Position numbers and translations under genes: made by a program
The notes under the pieces: model-generated
What the model was told of the DNA's origin: nothing
Database searches by the model: none
What the model saw: the letters and a program-made list of their open reading frames with translations, nothing else
In this document: one piece after another, positions 29,711-39,199 of the stretch
How the letters are laid out: each line of letters begins with the position of its first letter
Position numbering within the stretch: the stretch's first letter is position 1
Assembly: GCA_947175555.1 (NCBI GenBank)
Contig: CAMWNK010000001.1
Location: 28,547 to 92,546, forward strand
Source of the DNA: an uncultured Clostridia bacterium
GTDB lineage: Bacteria; Bacillota; Clostridia; Christensenellales; UBA3700
Reading direction: 5' to 3'
DNA length: 64,000 nucleotides

Positions 29711-29963
29711 TAATTATGTCGAATTATAATCTAATTCGTAGAAATGTGTTATTGTGGGATAACTATGTTATTATTCCGATAGCAAGTTCTTTTGGCGAAA
29801 TCGTTTGAAGTTGTTCGTAGCTTGGGGCTCGGTAAATCGGACGATGGATATAATTTTCTTGGTAGCGTAAATGCACAATTTTGCGTGAAATAGGAATTGA
29901 TATTATTAACCAAAAAATTGGTTGATGTTGCACTTGAAATAGTGTCTAAAGAGAAATTTTTAT

Positions 29964-30779
29964 ATGAAAAACAAAACTAAAAAATCTAAAAAGAGTAGGA
30001 ATAAAAAGAACGGCGCACGGTTGTCTATTTGGGTGTGGGTTTTTATAGCCGTTACGGTATTGGTTTTTTTATATTGCATAGCTAGCAACATAATTAATCA
30101 TTTAGAAGGAGTGTCAAATACCCTTCAAATAGTTTTTGGGTTAAGTGATTTCGCGAATACGGCCATAGGAGCATTGCTGGGTTTCGGGGCTTCACTACTG
30201 TTGGACAAATATTTGATAGCTGTTAACAAGGAAAAGGTTATAGATAATATTGTTGCTGAAATGACGCGTATGTGTCTATATATTTCAGAAATGTTTGACC
30301 CGTATATTAGACTCCAAGATAACAATGGAAATGAGATTATTAAATTTAGTGATACTTTGCAGGGAGCACTTGATAGTTTAACAAATAAGGCTAATAGCGA
30401 TCAATATAAGCCTGAATTTAAAATATTAAAGAATAGGGTAATTAATCATCGTTATAAAATTTTTTTACCAATTTGGGATTCGGTATTGCAAAATGGAGAC
30501 TTGCTAAGGTTTAAAGATAGAGAGTATTTTGAATGTTTGATAAACATATATACTCGGCTTAATAAATTTAGAGCACAAATTGATGCTTTTGATGCCTCCT
30601 TTGAAAATAAGGAGTTGTTTGAATATTTGGTCGAATTATATTCGGATGTTCAAAGTTTATACAAATATATTAAATTACAAAAAGCTCACTTGATTTTTTT
30701 ATGTGGGTATTTGAAAGGAGAGAGGGTAAGTCAATTAAAAACAGATTTCATGTCTCGTTTTGAATTGGATGTCCGTTGA
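29964..30779 (+). CDS. Hypothetical 2-TM membrane protein with helical cytoplasmic domain (partner of the STAND NTPase)
   Basis: Lys-rich N-terminus (MKNKTKKSKKSRNKKNG). TM1 is LSIWVWVFIAVTVLVFLYCIA and TM2 is AIGALLGFGASLLL, followed by about 190 aa rich in predicted helices. No family recognised. The 3' end overlaps or abuts the next gene. Confidence 0.6.
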   Translation: MKNKTKKSKKSRNKKNGARLSIWVWVFIAVTVLVFLYCIASNIINHLEGVSNTLQIVFGLSDFANTAIGALLGFGASLLLDKYLIAVNKEKVIDNIVAEMTRMCLYISEMFDPYIRLQDNNGNEIIKFSDTLQGALDSLTNKANSDQYKPEFKILKNRVINHRYKIFLPIWDSVLQNGDLLRFKDREYFECLINIYTRLNKFRAQIDAFDASFENKELFEYLVELYSDVQSLYKYIKLQKAHLIFLCGYLKGERVSQLKTDFMSRFELDVR

Positions 30780-33700
30780 TTTTATGACACAAAAGCCTCA
30801 AATATATGATAGTAGGATAGTTGATCCTGATCAATACGATGTGGTAGAGCCTACCATGCCATTGTCGTATTGCAAATTTTATTATCAAGTTGATCTTCCC
30901 GATAATTTTTTGAATCATGAATATGTTGATAAAATTATTAGTGATATCAAATTGGGTGTCAACGCAATTGTATTATATGGCATGGGTGGGATTGGAAAGT
31001 CTACTTTATTAAGAAAAGTTATTGATGATTGCGGAGTTTCTAAAATTGCTTATTTTGATCTTAGAAATAAGCGTGATTTTTGTTCTACAGCTCGTGATAT
31101 TTTGCAAGATTTATTTCAATATAGAGTAGAAAATGATAAAAATTTAATGAATGAACTTCTAAGCAAGATCAAAGAGAACAATATTTTAATTATTTTTGAT
31201 AACTTAGAGTCGATAATGGATGAGGGTGGAAACTCTGGTAAAATGTTACCAGATTTTTATGAATATCAACAGCTTGCTGAAGCCGTTATAAATATAACCA
31301 CAAGCTCAACTATAATCTTTTCCGGTAGAGATAAGTTGAAACTAAGTTCCAGATCTGATAAATATAATGAGTATGCTTTAACAGGATTTGATGAGCAAAA
31401 AGCGAAGGCATTTCTTGCTAAGTATAATTTAGCAGGAACTGATAAAGAGTGGGCGCTGTTTGTAGAAATTTATAAAGGCAATCCGCTATCCCTAAAAATT
31501 ATAGCTGAAGAAATTCGATCCAATTATCATTCAAGCCTATTAGAGTTTCTTGCTGATCCTAATATGCCGCGAGAACTTACTGATTTACTTGAAGAACAAT
31601 TTAATAGGTTTAGTCTTATAGAGAAAAATATTCTATTTATATTGGCGGTTGAAAGAGAACCTATTTCGTATAAGAATATCAACGCAATGCTTGTTAAAAT
31701 TAATCGTTTCAATGATGAAACAAGGAATGCAATTGTTAGTATTTCAAATAGATGTTTTATTGAAGGCAGAGGCACAAATTTAGATTATAGTAGATTTTAT
31801 TTGCAACCCGTTATTATGGAGTTCTTAACGCAAAAATTGTTGGGCATTGTTTTCAACGAAATTGTTGAAAACAATCCAGATTTTCTAATGAGAGTTCCTA
31901 TGTTAGATACGGTAGCGAGGGACTATATTGTTAAGACACAAAAAATAGTAATTATAGAACCGTTGTGCAATGCGCTTCTGCAAGAATATGGGCAAAATTC
32001 AAGTGTAAAGATGCTTGCAAATATGAATAGCACTATTCCAACAGATAAAAATTACGCATGTGGAAACATTATAAACATTTTGACTTCTATTTTAGATACG
32101 ATAAGAGATATAGACTTTTCAGATAAATATATTATTAATGCTGATTTTCGTTATAATGATTTTTGCGACTGCAAATTTGTTGGTGCTACATTTTTAAATG
32201 TACTTTTTAGACAAACATTTGGTAATTTAATTGACGTTAAGTACTCGCATGACGATCAGTTATTAATAGGAGGGACAACTGATTATAGTATTAATATATG
32301 GTCAGCAAAAGATTTAAGCCTTCTTCATAGATTGCCGTATCATTCGGATTGGGTTCGTTCGGTAGATACTAATGAAAAATACATTGCTAGCGCAAGCAAC
32401 GATGAAACTCTTTCTATTATAGATTATAAAACATGTCAATTGCTTAATACATTTAGCGTGAGCGGGAGAGTAAGGAAAGTAAGATTTAATCCTTTTGATG
32501 ATAATATTCTTTTTTCATCCGGAGATGATTTAAAAATACATATCTGGGATATCTCTGCTGGTAAAGAGTTAAGAGAGCCATTAATAGGGCACGAAGCGGT
32601 TGTTGGTGATTTCGATGTTATTAAAACTAGGGGTAAAACATGTATTGTAAGCTGTTCTGATGATGGTACATTGCGTTTGTGGAATTTAGATTTAAACACA
32701 AGTGAGATACTTTTAAGGTTGGACACAGAAATTAGAACGGTAGTGTATGATGGATTTGAGAATTTGTATATTGGTTGTTCTAATGGAAACATATGGGCTT
32801 ATTCTTTAATAGACAAAATCATTAAAGGAGAATACAAAGAACATCACGGTACCATATGGGGCTTAGATTACGATGAAAAAAACAATAGATTGGTGTCATG
32901 CTCTGCCGACAAAACTGTAATTGTTTGGGAATGCACGAAAGAATCTATAACTATGTTAAAGGTTTTGAATGCGCATTCTTGTACTGTATGGAGTGCTCAT
33001 TTTAATGGAAACGGGGATTATATAGTTTCTACTGGAGATGATGGAGAAGTAAAAGTTTGGGATACTAAAACCTTTAATCCGATTTATTGCATTAAGGGAT
33101 ATACTAATCTTTTGAGAAATTTAACTATAAATAAAACCAATAACAATGTTTTTGTCTGTGGTGATGATATGCTTATTAGAGAATTCGCTAGCGATAATTT
33201 CCTTTATCGAAAGCGGGTTTATAAGGGGCATATTAATCGAGTTAGACACGTCGATATATCTTCAGATGGCCAATATATGCTTTCATGTGGAGATGATGGT
33301 TGTGTTATATTATGGAACTTATTTACTAAGAAACATATTAAATTCTTTGGTCATAAAGAAAGGGTGTGGACGGTTTGCTTTTTAAATAATAATCAATTTG
33401 CCAGTGCTGGAGAGGAGAATGACATTTATTTGTGGGACAAGTCTTCGCCTGATGCCCCAATTGGATATTTAAAAGGTCATTCAAATTGGATATGGGACAT
33501 ATCGTTTGATGAAACAACTAATAAACTAATAAGTGCTGGAGAAGACGGTACTTGTCGAGTTTGGGATTTAACAACAGGCGCGGTAACGGTTTTAAGCGGT
33601 CATACGAAATGGCTTTTTGCAGCTAATATAAGTCCCAATAAAAGAATGGTGGTTACTGCAAGTGCGGATGGAACAGCAAATGTTTATGATGTATTTACTG

Positions 33701-34086
33701 GAGAAATTTTATATAAGCTAGTTGGACATCGTGAATGGGTATGGAGTGCGATATTTTTGTCTGATACACTTATTGCAACGGGTGGAAAAGAAGGGGCAAT
33801 TAAAATCTGGTGTCTTAATGGGAACAGGCATGCGGAATGTGTGAAGAGCATAGATGCTCATGATTCTTGGGTTGTTTCTCTTGCATACATGCAAAATTCT
33901 TCAGCGTTCTACTCTGCTTCGGCTGATTCAACAGTTAAAGTATGGGATGTGCGATCTTTCAATCAAATTACATGTTTGCATATTGATAAGCCATATGAAA
34001 ATATTGATATTACCGATGCGAAAGGTTTAAATGAAACAGAATTAAGCTCCTTGTTAAGTTTGGGAGCATTAATAAAAAACATATAA
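30760..34086 (+). CDS. STAND-class P-loop NTPase: NB-ARC-like NTPase + pentapeptide repeats + ~14 WD40 repeats
   Basis: Walker A LYGMGGIGKSTLL (nt ~30979), Walker B NILIIFDNLES, and a GxPLxL-like motif YKGNPLSLKIIAE. Pentapeptide periodicity in INADFRYNDFCDCKFVGATFLNVLFRQTF. I count about 14 WD40 units (e.g. GHSNWIWDISFDETTNKLISAGEDGTCRVWD). The start is ambiguous: TTG 30760, ATG 30769 or ATG 30784. Confidence 0.85.
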   Translation: MNWMSVDFMTQKPQIYDSRIVDPDQYDVVEPTMPLSYCKFYYQVDLPDNFLNHEYVDKIISDIKLGVNAIVLYGMGGIGKSTLLRKVIDDCGVSKIAYFDLRNKRDFCSTARDILQDLFQYRVENDKNLMNELLSKIKENNILIIFDNLESIMDEGGNSGKMLPDFYEYQQLAEAVINITTSSTIIFSGRDKLKLSSRSDKYNEYALTGFDEQKAKAFLAKYNLAGTDKEWALFVEIYKGNPLSLKIIAEEIRSNYHSSLLEFLADPNMPRELTDLLEEQFNRFSLIEKNILFILAVEREPISYKNINAMLVKINRFNDETRNAIVSISNRCFIEGRGTNLDYSRFYLQPVIMEFLTQKLLGIVFNEIVENNPDFLMRVPMLDTVARDYIVKTQKIVIIEPLCNALLQEYGQNSSVKMLANMNSTIPTDKNYACGNIINILTSILDTIRDIDFSDKYIINADFRYNDFCDCKFVGATFLNVLFRQTFGNLIDVKYSHDDQLLIGGTTDYSINIWSAKDLSLLHRLPYHSDWVRSVDTNEKYIASASNDETLSIIDYKTCQLLNTFSVSGRVRKVRFNPFDDNILFSSGDDLKIHIWDISAGKELREPLIGHEAVVGDFDVIKTRGKTCIVSCSDDGTLRLWNLDLNTSEILLRLDTEIRTVVYDGFENLYIGCSNGNIWAYSLIDKIIKGEYKEHHGTIWGLDYDEKNNRLVSCSADKTVIVWECTKESITMLKVLNAHSCTVWSAHFNGNGDYIVSTGDDGEVKVWDTKTFNPIYCIKGYTNLLRNLTINKTNNNVFVCGDDMLIREFASDNFLYRKRVYKGHINRVRHVDISSDGQYMLSCGDDGCVILWNLFTKKHIKFFGHKERVWTVCFLNNNQFASAGEENDIYLWDKSSPDAPIGYLKGHSNWIWDISFDETTNKLISAGEDGTCRVWDLTTGAVTVLSGHTKWLFAANISPNKRMVVTASADGTANVYDVFTGEILYKLVGHREWVWSAIFLSDTLIATGGKEGAIKIWCLNGNRHAECVKSIDAHDSWVVSLAYMQNSSAFYSASADSTVKVWDVRSFNQITCLHIDKPYENIDITDAKGLNETELSSLLSLGALIKNI

Positions 34087-34096
34087 GGAGTAAAAC

Positions 34097-35053
34097 ATGA
34101 AAATTTTTGTACTTGGCGGTTCTAATTTTATAGGATGGAGATTGGTTCAATATCTTGGTAATACTGGTAATGAAGTTACGGTTTACAATCGAGGAAATCA
34201 TGAGCGCATTTATCCCAAAAATGTAATACATGTTATAGGGGACAGAACCGACACAGCCAAATTGTTAAAACTTGCTGAAAACAATTATGATGTCGTGTAT
34301 GATATGTGTGCATTTACCGGCGCGCAAATTAAGCCTACAATAGAATGTTTTAAGAATAAAGTTGGTAGGTATGTTTTTATTAGTTCCGCCGCAGCATATC
34401 TAGATAATCAGATTCTTCCGATAAAAGAAGATGCCATGTGTGGAGAACATCCGCAGTGGGGAAAATATGGTAATGGAAAATATGAATGTGAGCTCTTGTT
34501 AAAAGAAGCTTATAATGAATATAATTTCCCGATTACTATTGTCCGCCCTTCATATGTCTACGGAATCGGAAACCCCATCGATAGGGAAACGCTATTATTT
34601 GACCGTATCTCGAAAAGCTTGCCAATATTTATACCTTATAGCGGATACGGCGTTATTCAACTTGGTAATGTTGATGATTTATGCAATGCGTTATATTTGA
34701 TTGCGTGTTCCAATAAAGGGAAAGGCGAATCATATAACATTTCTGGAGAGGAGTACGTAACGCTAAATGGACTTGTTCGCATTATTGAAGATATAGTGGG
34801 TAAAAAGACTAATATTTATCACGTATTACCTGAAAAATATGGTTTTGCGCAACGTGAAATATTCCCTTTTGAAAATAATACATATTTTACGAGTATCCAA
34901 AAGTTCAAAAATGATTTTGACTGGAAACCCACTATAGGTTTATTAGAAGGATTAAAGCAAGCTTATTTGCATTGGTGCAAAGCACCCATAAAAACAAATT
35001 ATACAAACGAAGAAAAATTAGCGCAAATCCTTAAAGGGAATGGAACATTATGA
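34097..35053 (+). CDS. NAD(P)-dependent epimerase/dehydratase (extended SDR)
   Basis: RBS AAGGAG. Rossmann motif MKIFVLGGSNFIGWRL, catalytic YxxxK (YGNGKYECE), 318 aa. Confidence 0.8.
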   Translation: MKIFVLGGSNFIGWRLVQYLGNTGNEVTVYNRGNHERIYPKNVIHVIGDRTDTAKLLKLAENNYDVVYDMCAFTGAQIKPTIECFKNKVGRYVFISSAAAYLDNQILPIKEDAMCGEHPQWGKYGNGKYECELLLKEAYNEYNFPITIVRPSYVYGIGNPIDRETLLFDRISKSLPIFIPYSGYGVIQLGNVDDLCNALYLIACSNKGKGESYNISGEEYVTLNGLVRIIEDIVGKKTNIYHVLPEKYGFAQREIFPFENNTYFTSIQKFKNDFDWKPTIGLLEGLKQAYLHWCKAPIKTNYTNEEKLAQILKGNGTL

Positions 35054-36168
35054 GTTATTCGACAAAATGTATTCAGGAAAAAATACAACTTCTGTGTTAT
35101 GGTTTGAGAACAAATGGGTTAGTAGAACAAATCTATGATATTCAGAATCCATACGATTTAACACGGACGGGAAATGTTGGACTTCAGTTGCTTATTGGAG
35201 ATAATAATCTTGTGGCGAATGTTCCTGTGTTTAATAAATTTACGCAGTTTTCGCCATTTAAATTAGATAATTGTGATGGTTACTTGATGGTTGAAAATGA
35301 AAAATCGGGCGAAAAGTTTCCATTTCAAATTATTCAAACACCTCGATGGTACAAAAATCCAGTTAGAAATGGACATGCTGCGGGTCAATATGTGTTGAGA
35401 GAGGGGACAGGCACATTAATTTGTTCTATAACAGATTCCTGCGGTTATGTTGCGAAAAATATGCAATGTAGATTTTGCGCAATTGGCAAGAATTCCGACA
35501 ACTGGGATGAATCTTACGCTAATCGCAAACAAAATATTTTACAAGCTATTAGATATGCCATAGAAGACGACCAAGAAGTTGAAACGTCCATTAATTTAAC
35601 AGGCGGAAATACTTATGCTGATGATAGAGGTGCGGCAAGATATAACGAATTTATTAGCGAAATTAGAAAGTTTTCCTCCGTACCTATATGTATTGAATTG
35701 TCGCCACCAAAAACAAACGACTCTATTTTAAAGCTTAAATTAGCAGGCGCAAATGCAGTTATGATGAATATCGAAGTTTGGGATGAACAGATTCGAGCGA
35801 TGCTCATGCCGGGTAAATCACAAATTTTGAGAGATAGGTATATTGAGGCATGGAAATATGCAGTCGAAATATTTGGTGTCGGGAACGTAAGTTCCGTATT
35901 GATTATTGGACTAGAAAGCAAAGAATCGGCAAAAAATGCTATTGACGAAATGATAGCATGTGGTGTTATTCCATCAATAATGCCTTTTAGACCAAATGAT
36001 GGTGCAGTCTTAGAAAATTTTCCTATTACTAATCCAGAATTGGTTTTCGAATTAACGGAATATACAGCAAAAAAAATTAGAGATTCAAACATTAACGTTG
36101 TTGCTCTGCCGGGCTGCATTGGGTGTGGCGCATGTGCTACGGAATTAGATTTTCTAAACATAAAGTGA
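35050..36168 (+). CDS. Radical-SAM-like enzyme with atypical cluster motif
   Basis: Cys motif C131-x8-C140-x2-C143 (SCGYVAKNMQCRFCAIG) preceded by C125. GGN/GGE-like INLTGGNTY. C-terminal CIGCGAC (CxxCxxC). About 120-aa N-terminal domain of unknown type. ATGA overlap with the upstream gene. Confidence 0.6.
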   Translation: MSYSTKCIQEKIQLLCYGLRTNGLVEQIYDIQNPYDLTRTGNVGLQLLIGDNNLVANVPVFNKFTQFSPFKLDNCDGYLMVENEKSGEKFPFQIIQTPRWYKNPVRNGHAAGQYVLREGTGTLICSITDSCGYVAKNMQCRFCAIGKNSDNWDESYANRKQNILQAIRYAIEDDQEVETSINLTGGNTYADDRGAARYNEFISEIRKFSSVPICIELSPPKTNDSILKLKLAGANAVMMNIEVWDEQIRAMLMPGKSQILRDRYIEAWKYAVEIFGVGNVSSVLIIGLESKESAKNAIDEMIACGVIPSIMPFRPNDGAVLENFPITNPELVFELTEYTAKKIRDSNINVVALPGCIGCGACATELDFLNIK

Positions 36169-36178
36169 GGTTAATAAT

Positions 36179-37006
36179 ATGAAAAACGAAAATGCAACAT
36201 GGAATAATTTTTTGGCATTGACTTGGGATAAATACTTGCCTCCCATTAGACCATATACGGATGAATGTGAAATTTTCAAAAGCTATGTCCATAATTTTAT
36301 TATAGAGCATAATGCAATTCCTCAAATACTTATTTTGGGCTCAACTCCCGAATTGAGAGATTTGGTTTATGAGTTTGGTATTATTCCTACAGTTGTTGAT
36401 TTTGCAAAAGATAATTATGAAGGTATGAGCTTGCTTTGTAAGAATAAGGGACAGGATAACTTTATTGAAAGCAATTGGTTAGAGTTAGCTCCTAAAAATT
36501 GTGCCAAGAAATTCGATTTCATCTTAAGTGAAGCAGCTTTTAACGTTTTGAGTAGGGATAGCGCAAAACGTCTATATGCAATTTGCAAAGAATTGCTAAA
36601 TGAACATGGAAAAATAATCGCTAAACAGTGGGTTAGACTCTCCAATAAAAGGCCTAGCTTAGAAAATTTATTAGAGGACTATCGAAATAGTAATAGCACT
36701 ATGGGCATGTATTCACATATATGTATTCCGTTGATGCTATGTTTCTACGATTATTCAATCGAGAGAATCACATTAAGAGATTTAGAGAAAAATGTTCGTA
36801 AATTATATGAAACAAAATTAATCACGCAAAATGAATGGGAAACTATTAATTTACACGATTATCAAAATGTAGACTTGGAGTTGTACATCCCTTTATTGCA
36901 GCAGTTTTTATCTGATATGAACGAGTGTTTTAATTTAATAAATTTACATGTGGTAGACAAAGGATTTGCCCAGTTTCATCCTATTTTTGTGTTTGAGAGG
37001 GTGTAG
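36179..37006 (+). CDS. Methyltransferase-fold protein (weak, degenerate SAM motif)
   Basis: ILILGSTPELRDL / VVDFAKDNY / FDFILSEAAFNVL are spaced like class-I methyltransferase motifs I, post-I and II, but the glycine-rich loop is degenerate. Assignment is tentative. Confidence 0.4.
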   Translation: MKNENATWNNFLALTWDKYLPPIRPYTDECEIFKSYVHNFIIEHNAIPQILILGSTPELRDLVYEFGIIPTVVDFAKDNYEGMSLLCKNKGQDNFIESNWLELAPKNCAKKFDFILSEAAFNVLSRDSAKRLYAICKELLNEHGKIIAKQWVRLSNKRPSLENLLEDYRNSNSTMGMYSHICIPLMLCFYDYSIERITLRDLEKNVRKLYETKLITQNEWETINLHDYQNVDLELYIPLLQQFLSDMNECFNLINLHVVDKGFAQFHPIFVFERV

Positions 37007-37009
37007 TAA

Positions 37010-38155
37010 ATGGAACTTGATGTTGTTAATCTAAGACGAGAATTTCATATGATACCTGAAGTTGGGTTCAAAGAATTTCAAACAAGCAAATTGATTTGTT
37101 CAATTTTAACGAACAATAATATTCAATATCAAAGTGGAATAGCAGGTACTGGAGTAATAGTTAAATTTGGCGAAGGTCATCCACATATTGCATTTCGTAC
37201 GGAAATTGATGCACTACCAATTCAAGAATTAAATGAGGTGTCGTATAAATCTAAAATCAATGGTTTTATGCATGCTTGTGGGCATGATTGCCATATAGCC
37301 GCCCTGATTGATACGGTGATAAAAGTAAAGGCACTTTTTGATGAAAAAATTATTAAAAAGGGTGCGGTAAGTTTTATTTTTCAACCGAGTGAAGAGGCTA
37401 AGAATGATTCTGGATTTTCGGGTGGTCAAATTATTTCAGAACTGCCGGCATTACAAGATGTAGATAATTTCTTTGCTGCTCATGTAGAAAGCACATTAGA
37501 CTTTGGAAAAATATTTATTAGAGGTGGGGCTTTAACCGCCGCAATTGATAGGTTTGATATTAGTATTATTGGTAAAGCTGGACACGGTGCTTATCCGCAT
37601 AATGCAGTTGATCCAATTTGGTTATCAAGCAATGTTATGCAAGCCATTAATTCTTTAAAATCAAGAACTGTAAATACGGCAAACCCATCGGTCATTTCTA
37701 TATGTTCAATTAACGGTGGAACCTCATGGAATTCCATTCCAAACGAGGTTGCTTTAACTGGGACTATTAGAACATTTAATCAAAATGATAGGGAAAAAAT
37801 TCACAAGGATATTGGGTCTTGTTTGCAAATAGCTAAGGCTTTAGGCGGGAATTATCAATTGAAGATTTCGCAAGGACATCCAAGTGTAATCAATTCTGAT
37901 GAAGAGTGCGAAGTAGTTCGGTCTGCAGTTAAAAAAGTATTAGGCGACTCAGCAATATCAATAATTGATTTTCAGATGGGTGGCGATGATTTTTCATATT
38001 ATGCAACAAAAAAGCCGTCCTGCTATTTTTATGTTGGGGCGAAAAAAGACCAGATTTCTCGGCAACACCATAGCGGCAATTTCGATATAAACGAGAAGGC
38101 TATTGAGAATATTGTTAATATTTTTATAGAAATTATAAAGGAAAAATTACTGTGA
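37010..38155 (+). CDS. M20D-family amidohydrolase (aminoacylase/hippurate hydrolase-like)
   Basis: RREFHMIPEVGFKEFQTS and GFMHACGHDCHIAAL are hallmark M20D motifs; 381 aa. Confidence 0.8.
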   Translation: MELDVVNLRREFHMIPEVGFKEFQTSKLICSILTNNNIQYQSGIAGTGVIVKFGEGHPHIAFRTEIDALPIQELNEVSYKSKINGFMHACGHDCHIAALIDTVIKVKALFDEKIIKKGAVSFIFQPSEEAKNDSGFSGGQIISELPALQDVDNFFAAHVESTLDFGKIFIRGGALTAAIDRFDISIIGKAGHGAYPHNAVDPIWLSSNVMQAINSLKSRTVNTANPSVISICSINGGTSWNSIPNEVALTGTIRTFNQNDREKIHKDIGSCLQIAKALGGNYQLKISQGHPSVINSDEECEVVRSAVKKVLGDSAISIIDFQMGGDDFSYYATKKPSCYFYVGAKKDQISRQHHSGNFDINEKAIENIVNIFIEIIKEKLL

Positions 38156-39186
38156 AAAAAAATCCTATCATAGATGGGCATATTGATTTAGCGTGGAATT
38201 GGTTGGCTCTAAATAGACTTTTTGAGGATTCTGTCGAATTAAAGGGCACTAAAGATACAGAAGAAATAAAACAATATGAAGGCATAGCTTCAGTTGGATT
38301 TCCAGAAATAAAACAAGGAAATATTCGAATTATTTTTGGAACTATTTGGGTGGAAACAATTAATAGTTTGCACCCCTCATTGGGTCCAAAATACAATACG
38401 GCAGAGGAGTCGATTGCTTTAGCAAAAAAACAATATGATTATTATTTAGATTTATGTAAAAAAAATGAAGATATTTGTTTAATAAAAGATTATCAAACAG
38501 TATCTCGCGTTCTTTTCGGCGATGAATCTCATTTGGGAATAGTTCCAATCATTGAAGGGGCTGATTTTATACATAATTTGAATGATTTGAATTACTGGCT
38601 GGATTTATTAGGAATAAAAATAATTGCCCCAGTATGGCAGAAGAATCAATTTGGTGGCTGTTCTGAATTGGGTGGAGGAATTACTGCCGAAGGAAAAAAA
38701 TTTATAAGCAATTTAACAAAGCTCAATTGTGTAATTGATATTGCTCATATGTCTCAACAAACAGCGGATACTGTTTTAAATGAATCAGACACAGTAATTG
38801 TTAATACGCATACTGCTTGCAAACATTTTGTAAACGATGCGCGATTAATTACCGATAGTCAAATTAGAAAGATAAATGAACACAATGGTGTTATTGGTTT
38901 AATGACTTGGGCTAGTAAATTGTCAAATCGTTCGAGTGTTTCTTTAACTGATTTTATAAAGCAAATTGAACACATAGCCAACATAACGGGCACAATAGAT
39001 AATATTGCAATAGGCAGTAGTATGGATGGTGGATATGGAAGAGACAATCTTCCACATGGCATGGACAATATAGGTTCTTTAAATAAAATTGGAGATACAA
39101 TGTTGTCTTACGGTTTTAAAGATAGCGATATCGAGTCGGTGCTATATAAAAACTGGCAAAGAGTATTGCAATATGCTTATAAATGA
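38152..39186 (+). CDS. M19-family (renal-type) dipeptidase
   Basis: IIDGHIDLAWN (cf. DGHNDLP), DIAHMSQQT, and NTHTACKHFVNDARLITDSQIRKINEHNGVIGL (cf. SHS....c.h.RN..D). 4-nt overlap with the M20D gene. Confidence 0.75.
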   Translation: MKKNPIIDGHIDLAWNWLALNRLFEDSVELKGTKDTEEIKQYEGIASVGFPEIKQGNIRIIFGTIWVETINSLHPSLGPKYNTAEESIALAKKQYDYYLDLCKKNEDICLIKDYQTVSRVLFGDESHLGIVPIIEGADFIHNLNDLNYWLDLLGIKIIAPVWQKNQFGGCSELGGGITAEGKKFISNLTKLNCVIDIAHMSQQTADTVLNESDTVIVNTHTACKHFVNDARLITDSQIRKINEHNGVIGLMTWASKLSNRSSVSLTDFIKQIEHIANITGTIDNIAIGSSMDGGYGRDNLPHGMDNIGSLNKIGDTMLSYGFKDSDIESVLYKNWQRVLQYAYK

Positions 39187-39199
39187 GGTGTTTTGCTCA

